Both the position numbers and the translations under genes were made by a program. The notes under the pieces are model-generated. The model was not told where the DNA came from and did not search any database. It saw only the letters and a list, made by a program, of their open reading frames with translations. Shown here one piece after another: positions 48,316 to 57,993 of a stretch of DNA of 64,000 nt (the first letter of the stretch is position 1; each line of letters starts with the position of its first letter). The DNA is from Candidatus Latescibacterota bacterium (GTDB taxonomy: Bacteria; Latescibacterota; UBA2968; UBA8231): positions 352,001 to 416,000 of the forward strand of contig OZ241867.1 of NCBI GenBank assembly GCA_965203175.1. The letters run 5' to 3'.

Positions 48316-49610
48316 AAGAAATCACCGTGGGACTGACGGCTTTGCGCCGGTTCAGGGGGATAAGTGCAGCCTGCACGAGGGGGCCGCAGGCTCCCTGAGT
48401 GCAGGCTGATATAGCTTGACACGGTCCTGCCACATGGTCATATGTACTATTGTGAAACGGGTGATACAAATCAAGCTCCTTCCGACAGCGGAGCAGGCGG
48501 ATGCGCTGGAGCAGACGATGCGCCGCTTCAATGCCGCGTGCAACTGGGTAGCCCAAAAGGCTTTTGAGCGCCGTCTGGCCAACAGCTATGCCCTGCATAA
48601 GCTGCACTACTATGCGGTGCGCGAGCGCTTTGACCTTCCTGCTGACATCGCCATCCTAACGTTTGCCCAAGTGGCGGCCTGCTACAAGCGCGATAAGAGC
48701 AAGCACGTATCGTTTCGTCCGCTGGCGTCGATTCCCTATCGCAAAGGCGCGTTCCGCTACAAGAGCCTAACGGCTGTCAACATCAAGACGGCCGATGGCA
48801 ACCGCCACGACATCCCGATGATTATGGGCGACTACCAGGCCGAGCAGTTTGGCCATGTCAAGCTATTTGCCGAGCTGGTGCGTCGCAAGGACGGCAAATG
48901 GTTCCTGATGGCTACCGTCGAACACGACCCCGAGCCGCCGTGCGAGCCCGACGATTTCCTCGGCGTCGATCTCGGGATGGAGAACCTCGTCACGGATTCT
49001 GATGGCACGATCCACCCCGGCGGCGACGTTGAAGCGGTGCGCATCAAATGCCAGATACTCAAACAGACTCTTCAATCGGCCGCCGACAAAGCAGCCAATC
49101 ACAGACGACGTAAGCGTATTCGTAAGAAGCTCAAGCGCACCGCCGAGCGCGAGTCTCGCTTTCGTCGCAATACGAACCATGTCCTCTCCAAGCGTATCGT
49201 TGGGAAGGCCAAAGACACCGGCCGCGGCATCGCTCTTGAAGACCTCAGAGGCATCCGCGACCGGATACGGTTTCGCAAGCCCCAACGTAACCGCATAGGT
49301 AGCTGGGGGTTCGACCAGCTCAGGCAGTTTGTCGCCTACAAGGCCGAACAGGCCGGGGTGATGCTCAAGCTGATTGATCCAGCGTACACCTCTCAGACCT
49401 GTTCGTCCTGTGGACATGTCGAGCGCGGTAATCGCCCCTCTCAATCCCGGTTTTGTTGCAAGCAGTGTGGGCATCAAGCCCATGCCGATTGCAATGCCGC
49501 CCGGAATATCCGGGCAAGGGCTCTCGTCAACGAGCCTATAGTTTCGGCCTATTCCGCCGCGGCGGGGTGAGCCAGGGACAAGCTGACTGCTTTAGCTGTC
49601 AGGGGTTGAC
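48316..49610 (+). mobile_element. IS200/IS605-family tnpB-only element
   Basis: Boundaries fixed by comparison with the uninterrupted repeat; no TSD; right end GGGGTTGAC|. Confidence 0.92.
48452..49570 (+). CDS. tnpB: RNA-guided endonuclease TnpB, close paralog of 1770-2888
   Basis: LGVDLG, ALEDL, HADCNAA intact. Confidence 0.93.
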   Translation: MKRVIQIKLLPTAEQADALEQTMRRFNAACNWVAQKAFERRLANSYALHKLHYYAVRERFDLPADIAILTFAQVAACYKRDKSKHVSFRPLASIPYRKGAFRYKSLTAVNIKTADGNRHDIPMIMGDYQAEQFGHVKLFAELVRRKDGKWFLMATVEHDPEPPCEPDDFLGVDLGMENLVTDSDGTIHPGGDVEAVRIKCQILKQTLQSAADKAANHRRRKRIRKKLKRTAERESRFRRNTNHVLSKRIVGKAKDTGRGIALEDLRGIRDRIRFRKPQRNRIGSWGFDQLRQFVAYKAEQAGVMLKLIDPAYTSQTCSSCGHVERGNRPSQSRFCCKQCGHQAHADCNAARNIRARALVNEPIVSAYSAAAG

Positions 49611-49631
49611 CTCCGCGCAGCAGTGGCCCGG

Positions 49632-50402
49632 CTAGGCCGGGACCAGCGCCTCTGCGCCAAAGATCATCGGATAGCCTTCGCCCGTGCGCACGGAACGCGA
49701 GGCCCCGTCCATATAGGCAATGCTAAAGGCGCGGCGCGACTGACCCGTCGGATTGATCCCCGAGCGGTGCAGCAGCAGATTGTTGAGCAAAATCGCCTCG
49801 CCCGCCTCGGCTTCAAGGTCGATTTCCGCGCCCGGCGGCGCGTATTCGGCTAGCTGCTCTTCTGAAGGAAAGTGCCCTTCGGTGATCACCCCGTGCTTGT
49901 GGCTGCCGGGCACCACCTGCATACAGCCGTTTGCCACCGTCGCCGGATCGATCGCAGTCCACACCGTGGTCGTCGGATTGTAATCCACGCCCCAGCCCAC
50001 GCCCACGTCTTGGTGCCAGGGCAGGATCGTGCCCTTTTCCGCCGGCTTGTTCATAAACATCGCCCGGAAAATCGACACGTCCTCGCCGATATAGCGCCGG
50101 GTGATCTGGCGGAAAAAAGGGTGCTGCATGTAGGCGAGATAGACGGGGTCCTGCTCCAAGCCCATGATCTTGCGGTACTGGAGTGTGGTACCCTTGTGGC
50201 CAGCAGAGACGGTGGGCATCTTCGCGTAGTCGGCGTCCTCCCCGTCGAGCTGAAACTCCATCTCCGGGTAGAGGATCTCGCCGAGCATGATCGCGTCAAT
50301 GCGCTGCTGTAGTTCGGCCAATCCCGCGTAGTCGAGGACCTTGCCGAGCCGCACGTACCCGTGCTCTTCAAAGTGGGCGTGCTGTTCGTCGCTGTATTGC
50401 AT
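49632..50402 (-). CDS. Phytanoyl-CoA dioxygenase (PhyH)-family Fe/2OG oxygenase
   Basis: FEEHGYV, PWHQD, NGCMQVVPGSH, LHRSGIN..RR. Confidence 0.92.
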   Translation of the reverse strand: MQYSDEQHAHFEEHGYVRLGKVLDYAGLAELQQRIDAIMLGEILYPEMEFQLDGEDADYAKMPTVSAGHKGTTLQYRKIMGLEQDPVYLAYMQHPFFRQITRRYIGEDVSIFRAMFMNKPAEKGTILPWHQDVGVGWGVDYNPTTTVWTAIDPATVANGCMQVVPGSHKHGVITEGHFPSEEQLAEYAPPGAEIDLEAEAGEAILLNNLLLHRSGINPTGQSRRAFSIAYMDGASRSVRTGEGYPMIFGAEALVPA

Positions 50403-50479
50403 TAGCTGCTTCCCTCCGTTTCCCCTAGAAATGAGCAATGTTCTGGGACTTATATACATGACTAATCACGTATACCTTT

Positions 50480-51628
50480 CTATGAAGTAGGATCGTCTCT
50501 ACGGACCGATCCTGATGGTATATATCCTCCCTTCATCTCGGCGATAATCCCCGCCGAGTCAGAGGTTAGTCCTCTGTGAAGGATATTGACCGCAGCATTG
50601 ACGTCTCGGTCTAAGACCATACCACAGGCATAACAGTGATACATCCTCTGGTCTAGTCCTATTTTGTCTCGGGGTATGCTACCACACCCTGAGCACTGCT
50701 GCGTCGTATTGCGGGGATCTACTTTGATAACCCACCCACCAGCACTCTCAGCCTTGTAGGTCAGGCATTGCACAAAGAATCCCCATTGTTGCTCCAGTAT
50801 GGATCGGGATAGGTGTCTATTCTTCACCATATTGGGTATCTTCAGGTCTTCTACTATAAACCGGCAGCCGAACTCTTTGAGCAAAGCGCTAGTGAGCTCA
50901 TGTACTTTGCCCTGCTCGCGCTCTGTAACACGCTGCCATGCCTTAGCCAACCACCGCCGCTTCTTCTCCCTGTTGTTCGAGCCCTTCTTTGCCCTCGATA
51001 GGATACGTTGGCGGCGCTTGAGCTCTGTCCTGTCGACGACGTTCTTGGGCATTTTATGACCATTGGACAAAACAGCTCTATCCTTGATGCCTAAGTCGAT
51101 GCCCACAGGAGGACGTATGTCCAGCACGTCCGGCTCGGCGACCTCCATGACAAACTGGAGCTTAACGCGTCTCGGTGTGCGAACGACACGCACCACCTTG
51201 ACTTTGCCATCAGGAAGAGTTTCCCTAAAACGCAGACGACCGATGCCTTTGATAGAGAATGAGTAATACTTGCCCGACGATTTGATCTTCGCAGGCGTAG
51301 GATCCTCAAAGGAGTGGATGCCGGTGCGCCAGCTCTTGAAACGAGGATAACCGCCGCGCCTAAAGAAAGACTGATAAGCACGGTCTAAACGACGAAGGAT
51401 AGAGCGTTGTATCCTAGCAGGAAACCGACTCCATTGTGGCTCTTTACGGCGTTCCGTCAGCTTGGCTTGCTGCTGCAAGTACGTAACAGACCGCTCCTCT
51501 GTCTCCCAAGCCTGCTTGCGCTCAGCCAAGCTCTCATTATACAGCCAGCGAGACTGATTGAGAAAATCAGCCAAGTTAGCATGAGCACCACGGCTTAGGT
51601 AGGCTTTTCTAGTATAGGTGCGTAGCAC
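50480..51628 (-). CDS. tnpB: RNA-guided endonuclease TnpB (second subfamily, intact)
   Basis: GIDLG, IVEDL, DRDVNAA; paralog of 21122-22266. Confidence 0.92.
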   Translation of the reverse strand: MLRTYTRKAYLSRGAHANLADFLNQSRWLYNESLAERKQAWETEERSVTYLQQQAKLTERRKEPQWSRFPARIQRSILRRLDRAYQSFFRRGGYPRFKSWRTGIHSFEDPTPAKIKSSGKYYSFSIKGIGRLRFRETLPDGKVKVVRVVRTPRRVKLQFVMEVAEPDVLDIRPPVGIDLGIKDRAVLSNGHKMPKNVVDRTELKRRQRILSRAKKGSNNREKKRRWLAKAWQRVTEREQGKVHELTSALLKEFGCRFIVEDLKIPNMVKNRHLSRSILEQQWGFFVQCLTYKAESAGGWVIKVDPRNTTQQCSGCGSIPRDKIGLDQRMYHCYACGMVLDRDVNAAVNILHRGLTSDSAGIIAEMKGGYIPSGSVRRDDPTS

Positions 51629-51648
51629 GCTCTATCCTTGCTTAGTTA

Positions 51649-52128
51649 ACGTGAGTTCGGTATAAGGTGAGGGACTCCTTTTTGGCTAAATTTAGGTATG
51701 CCGTTCCTAAAACCCAGCCATCGAGGAGCCCTCGTGATGAATTTAGTTGAATTGTTTTGCCACGTCGATGATTTTTGCCAAGCCTTTGAAGTCGACTGGA
51801 TACGCCACCAGTTAACGACCGGCCATCGCCGGCGGCGGCGGACCGGTCGGCTGTGCCTGAGCGAGATTATGACACTGTTGATTTGGTTTCATCAGTCGCA
51901 CTACCGCACGTTCAAAGCCTTCTACCAGCACCATGTATGTATCCACCTACGCGGTGCGTTTCCGGGGTTGGTTAGCTATGGGCGCTTTGTCGAGCTAATC
52001 GAGCACACAAGGCATCGCAGCCTCGTCAACTTTATGGTCAATATCCTACGTGGACTGATTGCCTATTGTCATCAGCCTAAAAATCCAGCAACCGCTCCGA
52101 TTGCAAGCGGCTTAACCCGAACTCACGT
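51649..52128 (+). mobile_element. Internally deleted IS982-family element
   Basis: TIR ACGTGAGTTCGG/CCGAACTCACGT, TAGTTA duplication; ELFCHVDDFC..SEIMT..LVSYGRFVEL joined directly to IEHTRHRS, DDE core missing. Confidence 0.9.
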
Positions 52129-52205
52129 TAGTTACGAATATAAGACCCCAAATTTTCCTACCTTTCTCCCGGCTCGTCCGCTCCGTTCCAAACGAGGAAT
52201 CCACC

Positions 52206-53042
52206 ATGTCCACAGATAGTACTCCCTTCCCCGCGTTGACCCCATCCCAACGCCTGCACCTCGAAATCTATGGCTACGTCATCCTCGAAAAACTCCTGAC
52301 CGAGGCCGAAATCGCCTCGCTCTTAGAGGTTATCTACCAGATTGAAGCCGACTTCCAGCGCACGGGCCAACTCCCCGGAGCAAACTGCCATTTGTCCAGT
52401 TCAACCCAGGAATTTTTCCGCATCGACAATCTCCCTCATCTATCCCCGTGTTTCTACGAATATCTAACCCATCCTAGAATTCTGGGAATGGCCGAGGAGA
52501 TCGTCGGCGGCACCGTCCGCCTGGAGCAGTCAGACGCCCACATCCGGCGTCCGGGTGGAGAGCAGAAGTATGGCTTCCATCGGGGCATCAATCCCGCATA
52601 TTCCCACACCGGCAACGGCCTCTATCACTTCTCCTTCGTCAAGGCCCTCACCAATCTCACCGATCTCGGCCCCGACGACGGCGGCACCACCGTCATCCCC
52701 GGAACGCACAAAATCCCCCAAGAAGTGGATCGCCAAGCGATCATCGACGCGGCCTTAGCCGACCCCGCGCTCGTTCACCAAGTCGAAGCACCGGCTGGAT
52801 CGACGCTGCTCTTTTACGAATCGCTGATGCACTCTTCCGGCATCATCCGCTCGCAGCGGGACCGCGTCTTAATTCTCGGCGGCTACACCCCGACGATGTT
52901 CCAAGCGTGGAACGGCTACGACCCCGATCCCGAATTCGTCGCCGGCTTACCCGCAGAACGGGCCGCCTTGCTCACCGGCGGGGACAAATACGGCTGGCAA
53001 CGCAAACTGCGCGATTTAGCCACACCCGCGGAGACCGTTTAA
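52206..53042 (+). CDS. PhyH-family dioxygenase-like protein
   Basis: GYVIL, GFHRG, GGTTVIPGTH, LMHS; the usual HxD is HRG. Confidence 0.85.
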   Translation: MSTDSTPFPALTPSQRLHLEIYGYVILEKLLTEAEIASLLEVIYQIEADFQRTGQLPGANCHLSSSTQEFFRIDNLPHLSPCFYEYLTHPRILGMAEEIVGGTVRLEQSDAHIRRPGGEQKYGFHRGINPAYSHTGNGLYHFSFVKALTNLTDLGPDDGGTTVIPGTHKIPQEVDRQAIIDAALADPALVHQVEAPAGSTLLFYESLMHSSGIIRSQRDRVLILGGYTPTMFQAWNGYDPDPEFVAGLPAERAALLTGGDKYGWQRKLRDLATPAETV

Positions 53043-53078
53043 ATGCCGAATAAATTGCCCATGCGATACGCAAGCCAA

Positions 53079-54809
53079 ATGCGGATTTGGTTTTCTTGGC
53101 TTTGTTGCGCTTTGCTCCTAGCGTGCGGTGGCGCTGAAGACCAAGCGGAACAAGAGCCAAGTGTGCGGCAAGTCCCCCGCGACCGGACGCTGATCCTCGG
53201 GTTGACCCAGATGCTGGACTACGACGCCTTCAACCCCTTTATCCCCGGCATGGTATCCTCGACGGGATCCAATTTTCTCTTTGAGCCGCTCTATTACTAC
53301 AATGCCTATAGCGAAGAAAACAATCTCATCCCCTGGATCGCGGAAAGCCACCAATACAACGAGGATTACACCGAAGTCACCATCAAAATCCGCGACGGAG
53401 TCCAGTGGAGCGACGGCATGCCGTGGACGGCGCGCGACTTGGTCTTCACCATCAACATGCTCAAGGCCAACGCGCCGGAACTGCTGCTGTCCACCGATAT
53501 GCAAACTTGGGTCGCCGAGGCGGTGGCCGTGGACGAGTGGACGGCGCGCATCACATTGAAGGCATCCAATCCAAGATTTCTGTTTTCGTACTTCACCGAT
53601 TGTTTCGGCAATGGAGTCCGCATCGTCCCCGAGCACATCTGGCAAGACCAAGACGCCAAGACCTTCAAGAATCTCGACCTAGCCAAAGGCTGGCCGGTGG
53701 TCAGCGGGCCTTATCGCCTGGTGATTGCCGCTCCCGAACAGCGAGTTTGGGACCTGCGGCCGGACTGGTGGGCGGCCGGATTGGGATTCCAGCGGCTCCC
53801 CAAGGTGGAGCGCATCATCTACCTGCCCTTCGGCAGTGAAGCCAAGTGGTCCCAGCAACTCTTGGCCAACGAAATCGATTCGAGCATTGACTTGCGCCCC
53901 GTCAATATCAAGACCGTTCTCGAACAAAACCCCAACATCTCCACCTGGACGGGCAGGGAATCACCCTACGGCTATCTGGATTGGTGGCCGCTGTCCCTCG
54001 GTTTCAACAATCTCGAAGAGCCTTTCAGCGATCCGGAGATCCGCTGGGCCATCAACTATGCGATCAATCGCGCCCAAGTAGTTGACGTCGGTTGGCAGGG
54101 AGCGGGCAAGTTCACGCTCTATCCCTATCCCGAGTTTCCCCCGCTAATGCGCTACATCGACCAGATCCAAGATCTTCTCGCGCAATATCAGCTAAATACC
54201 TACGATCCGGCCCGCACGGCAGAGATCATGGAGCGCAAAGGATGGCACAAGGACGAAGATGGGTTTTGGAGCAAGAACGGGACGCGCTTCAAGATAGTGG
54301 TCGATGTTTTCCCCAACCTCTTCCAGGACTTCACGCCGGTGCTGATCGAACAATTGCGCCAGGCCGGTTTTGACGCCAGCTTCCGCGCCACCAACGACGC
54401 CTATACCCGCATGACCCAAGGCACGGCCCGGACCTTTGTGATCGGACACGCAGCTTCAGTGCGAGACCCTTATTTCACCCTGCGCCTCTACCACAGTCGC
54501 TTCGTACAGCCGACGGGGACGGCGGCCGAGTACTTCTGGCGTTGGAAAAATGAGGAATTCGACGCGATCGTCGACCGCATGGCCGAGGTCGCGCCAGACG
54601 ACCCCGAGCTAGTCGAGCTCTTCCGCCAGGCAATGGATATCTGGTTCCGCGAGCTGCCTTCGATCCCGCTGATCCAGTGGTATCACCGAATCCCCCACAA
54701 CGAAACCTATTGGAAAAACTGGCCCACGGCCGAAAACCCCTACGTCAACAGCGCCTACTGGCACCGCACTTGGCTGCTCGTTTTACTCAATTTGGAACCC
54801 ACGCGATAG
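53079..54809 (+). CDS. ABC transporter substrate-binding lipoprotein, family 5
   Basis: Lipobox LLAC; IRDGVQWSDG..TARDLVFT; PFSDPEIRWAINYAINR. Confidence 0.92.
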   Translation: MRIWFSWLCCALLLACGGAEDQAEQEPSVRQVPRDRTLILGLTQMLDYDAFNPFIPGMVSSTGSNFLFEPLYYYNAYSEENNLIPWIAESHQYNEDYTEVTIKIRDGVQWSDGMPWTARDLVFTINMLKANAPELLLSTDMQTWVAEAVAVDEWTARITLKASNPRFLFSYFTDCFGNGVRIVPEHIWQDQDAKTFKNLDLAKGWPVVSGPYRLVIAAPEQRVWDLRPDWWAAGLGFQRLPKVERIIYLPFGSEAKWSQQLLANEIDSSIDLRPVNIKTVLEQNPNISTWTGRESPYGYLDWWPLSLGFNNLEEPFSDPEIRWAINYAINRAQVVDVGWQGAGKFTLYPYPEFPPLMRYIDQIQDLLAQYQLNTYDPARTAEIMERKGWHKDEDGFWSKNGTRFKIVVDVFPNLFQDFTPVLIEQLRQAGFDASFRATNDAYTRMTQGTARTFVIGHAASVRDPYFTLRLYHSRFVQPTGTAAEYFWRWKNEEFDAIVDRMAEVAPDDPELVELFRQAMDIWFRELPSIPLIQWYHRIPHNETYWKNWPTAENPYVNSAYWHRTWLLVLLNLEPTR

Positions 54810-54948
54810 GGGTTGGATGTTCAGCATTGTCTTACCTAGCGACCATTACCCGAACCAATTTTTGGGTACAAGCAGTTAAGTGCAATCGCAGATTTTCCCA
54901 TCCCAAGGCGGCCCGTCCTAGTCCGCCCATGAAACTGGAACTTCCATT

Positions 54949-56766
54949 ATGATTATTGGCCGTAGATTTCAAAGCTATTTCCGCGTACTCAAGTTAGTGT
55001 GGGAAGCCAAGCCTTCGTATATGGTTCTCGCGATTCTTCTTACTGTGATCAGTGCGGCTGTGCTGCCTGCTCAGATTTGGTTATCGAAAGTCATTGTCGA
55101 TCGCATAAGTGAAATTCTTCAAGTATCCTCACAAGCTCGGGTGGTCGATTGGTATGCGCTTCTCGTTCCCATAGGTGCTATTTTCATTGTATGGGCAGTG
55201 GGAGGAACGTGTCAATCATTGAGTACCGAAGCAAGCATGTTTGTCAGCCTGCATTTCCGAAATTATGCGGAGTTTCTTGTCCTCAAGAAGGCTACAGAAC
55301 TGGATGTCGCCTTCTTTGAGACGCCGATGTTTTACGATAAAATGGAGAATGCCCTCAAAAACATTCCAAAGGCTCACAACTTGGCGTGGAGTTCCCTGAG
55401 CTTCTTGGGGTCTCTTCTTTCTTTAAGTGCTGTTCTCGCCCTCCTGCTCAAGCTGCATCCATTAGCAATTGTCGTTCTCCTTCTCACCTCTGCTCCACAA
55501 GCTATCGTCTTGGCTTATTATGCAAACCGGTGGTACCGTATAGAGAACAGCCGTGTGCCGGCAAGACGGATGGCTGCGTATCTTTCGAGTCTGCTGAAAT
55601 CCCGGGATGCCGTAAAAGAAATCCGTGTGTTCGGCCTTGGTAAACCCTTTCTGAGGCGCTTCCGAGAGTTCTGGCAGCAATACTTCGCCGCAGAAAAACG
55701 GGTACGGCTTTCAAAGGAACGCGCGAATGCTTTTTTAGGTCTCGCATCCAGCGCTGGAACCGCGGGTATTTGGATATATGCAGTGGTACAGGCTATCTGG
55801 AGGACTATCACCATTGGAGACGTCGTATTGGTTTTTCAGGCTGCGGAGCGGAGCCGAAGCATGTTGGAGTCCTTTTTCCGGACGACAGGCCGTCTCTACG
55901 AGGACACGCTTTTCGCAGAAAATCTTCTATCCTTTTTGGATCTGTCGCCGGATTCGGTGGAAGGTGCTTTGTCGCGAGGGAATCGATCGCAGCTTCGCGT
56001 TCCAAGGCCAATCCAGCAAGGCATTGAGTTTCGGAATGTCTCATTTCATTATCCACGCTCAGACCGACTTGTCCTTAAAAATCTATCCTTTACACTCAGG
56101 CCAGAAGAGACAATAGCTGTGGTAGGTGAAAACGGTGCGGGAAAAACGACATTGGTAAAACTTCTATCTCGTTTTTACGATCCATCTGAAGGAGTTATCC
56201 TTCTCGATGGAAAGGAGTTGCGCGAATACGATCTGGAGGATTTGCGGCGTCAAATTGGAGTAATCTTCCAAGATTTCATACGCTACGATCTCACGGTAAA
56301 AGAGAATATTGGTTTGGGCCAGATCGAGCATGTAGATAATATGAATCGCATTGTCTGCGCCTCTGAACAGGGAGGAACTAGGTCCATTATTGCTGGACTA
56401 CCCAAAGGATTCGACACCGTTTTGGGACGCACCTTTGAGGAAGGGGTGGATCTATCCGGCGGGGAGTGGCAAAGATTAGCTTTGAGCAGAGCGTTTATGC
56501 GGGATGCGCAGATTCTGATTCTTGATGAGCCAACCGCTGCGTTGGATGCTTTCGCAGAGTATGATATCTACGAACGATTTGCAGAACTTACCGTCGGGAA
56601 AATGACTATTTTTATTTCTCATCGATTCTCAGCAGTTCGCATGGCAAGTCATATTCTCGTCCTGCAAAATGGAGAATTGATAGAAGAAGGCTCTCACGAT
56701 GGACTGATGCGCGAAGATGGCCAATATGCCCGAATGTTCAATACACAGGCAGAACGATACAGATAG
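54949..56766 (+). CDS. ABC exporter, fused permease/ATPase (lower GC)
   Basis: GENGAGKTT, LSGGEWQR, LDEPTAALD, SHR. Confidence 0.92.
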   Translation: MIIGRRFQSYFRVLKLVWEAKPSYMVLAILLTVISAAVLPAQIWLSKVIVDRISEILQVSSQARVVDWYALLVPIGAIFIVWAVGGTCQSLSTEASMFVSLHFRNYAEFLVLKKATELDVAFFETPMFYDKMENALKNIPKAHNLAWSSLSFLGSLLSLSAVLALLLKLHPLAIVVLLLTSAPQAIVLAYYANRWYRIENSRVPARRMAAYLSSLLKSRDAVKEIRVFGLGKPFLRRFREFWQQYFAAEKRVRLSKERANAFLGLASSAGTAGIWIYAVVQAIWRTITIGDVVLVFQAAERSRSMLESFFRTTGRLYEDTLFAENLLSFLDLSPDSVEGALSRGNRSQLRVPRPIQQGIEFRNVSFHYPRSDRLVLKNLSFTLRPEETIAVVGENGAGKTTLVKLLSRFYDPSEGVILLDGKELREYDLEDLRRQIGVIFQDFIRYDLTVKENIGLGQIEHVDNMNRIVCASEQGGTRSIIAGLPKGFDTVLGRTFEEGVDLSGGEWQRLALSRAFMRDAQILILDEPTAALDAFAEYDIYERFAELTVGKMTIFISHRFSAVRMASHILVLQNGELIEEGSHDGLMREDGQYARMFNTQAERYR

Positions 56767-56793
56767 GATTGACAAGAAAAGCCTTCCTATCTG

Positions 56794-56850
56794 CAACAGC
56801 GCCTACTGGCACCGCACCTAGCTACTTGTCTTACGCAACCTAGAACCCAC
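56794..56850 (+). repeat. Degenerate duplicate of the substrate-binding gene 3' end (54746-54802)
   Basis: CAACAGCGCCTACTGGCACCGCAC identical, remainder diverged. Confidence 0.85.
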
Positions 56851-56899
56851 ATAATAAAGGATCGCAAATTCGACTCCACACCAACGAAAGGAATCACCC

Positions 56900-57970
56900 A
56901 TGCAGAAATCCGATCCATTTGAACAAGGTCTCGCAGCCGGTGAGGCCGCGGCTTCTGCCGCCGGAGACGCATCACAAACATCGGCCAACGGCGGGCGCAT
57001 GTACGTGCGCACCCAGAGTTTTGGATCAACCGATGCCGAGTTGCGCTTTTTGCAGCGCTGTGGCGTGCGCCACAAGGCCGCCAACTTTCCCTTCCACCCC
57101 GACCGTGGCTGGGATCTCGACGAGTTGATCCAGGAAAGAGAGCACCACGAGACCTTCGGGCTGACACTGGATATGAGCCTGCTACCCATATATCAGCACT
57201 TGCCCAACATCATCTATTTTGGCAAAAGCCCAGAGCGCGACCGGGAAATTGACCTCGTGTGCGAAATGATCCGTACCGCCTCGCGCGCCGGCATCGATTC
57301 TCTGCGCTATAACACCTGCATTCTGCCCATCGACCGCACTGAACGAGAAGAAGGCCGCGGCGGCTACGTCCACACGGCGTTCCGCCTCGACAAGGTCCCG
57401 GCAGAAGAACAGGCCAAGCTGACCGAAGCCGGGCGCGTCACCGCGGACATGCACTGGGAGCGCATTGAGTATCTGCTCGAACGCATGATTCCGGTGGCAG
57501 AAGAATTCAAGGTTCGCATGGGCAATTCCCAGGAAGACCCTGCCACACCCCCCGGTTATAAGGGCGTTGACAAAGTCCTCAATGACTTTGAGGGCATGAA
57601 GCGTTTCATCGAGATTCAGCGCAGTCCGTGTAACGGCTGGAACTTCTGCGTCGGCTCCATCGCCGAAGGGCTCGAAGATCCGGCTAGTGAAATCTACCCC
57701 ATCATAGAATACTTTGGCAGCCGCAATACGATCTTCCTCGTTCACTATCGCAACCTCCTCGGGGGGCTCTACAGCTTCCGCGAGGCGCTGCCCGACGAAG
57801 GCGATATGGACTTTCACCGGGTATTAAAGGGCCTTAAGGACACCGGCTACTGTTACGGCATTGATCCCGACCACGTCCCGCGCACCGACGACGATCCGAA
57901 GGGCCATTATCAGTCCTATGCGTACTGCTTCGGCTACATCAATGCCATGATTCAGGCGGTCTACGGTTAA
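56900..57970 (+). CDS. Mannonate dehydratase (UxuA)-family protein, copy 1
   Basis: ERDREIDLVCEMIR..AGI..LRYN, IPVAEE, FCVGS, VHYRN, DEGDMD, PDHVP. Confidence 0.8.
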   Translation: MQKSDPFEQGLAAGEAAASAAGDASQTSANGGRMYVRTQSFGSTDAELRFLQRCGVRHKAANFPFHPDRGWDLDELIQEREHHETFGLTLDMSLLPIYQHLPNIIYFGKSPERDREIDLVCEMIRTASRAGIDSLRYNTCILPIDRTEREEGRGGYVHTAFRLDKVPAEEQAKLTEAGRVTADMHWERIEYLLERMIPVAEEFKVRMGNSQEDPATPPGYKGVDKVLNDFEGMKRFIEIQRSPCNGWNFCVGSIAEGLEDPASEIYPIIEYFGSRNTIFLVHYRNLLGGLYSFREALPDEGDMDFHRVLKGLKDTGYCYGIDPDHVPRTDDDPKGHYQSYAYCFGYINAMIQAVYG

Positions 57971-57993
57971 TCCATATTGTAAAGGAATCACCC

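Larger units (their letters stand above)
48083..49673 (+). repeat. 296-bp direct repeat, copy 2, split by a tnpB element
   Basis: Racemase 3' end duplicated (DIPVWQASNVDLG...ARYA|SAQQWPG). Confidence 0.9.
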
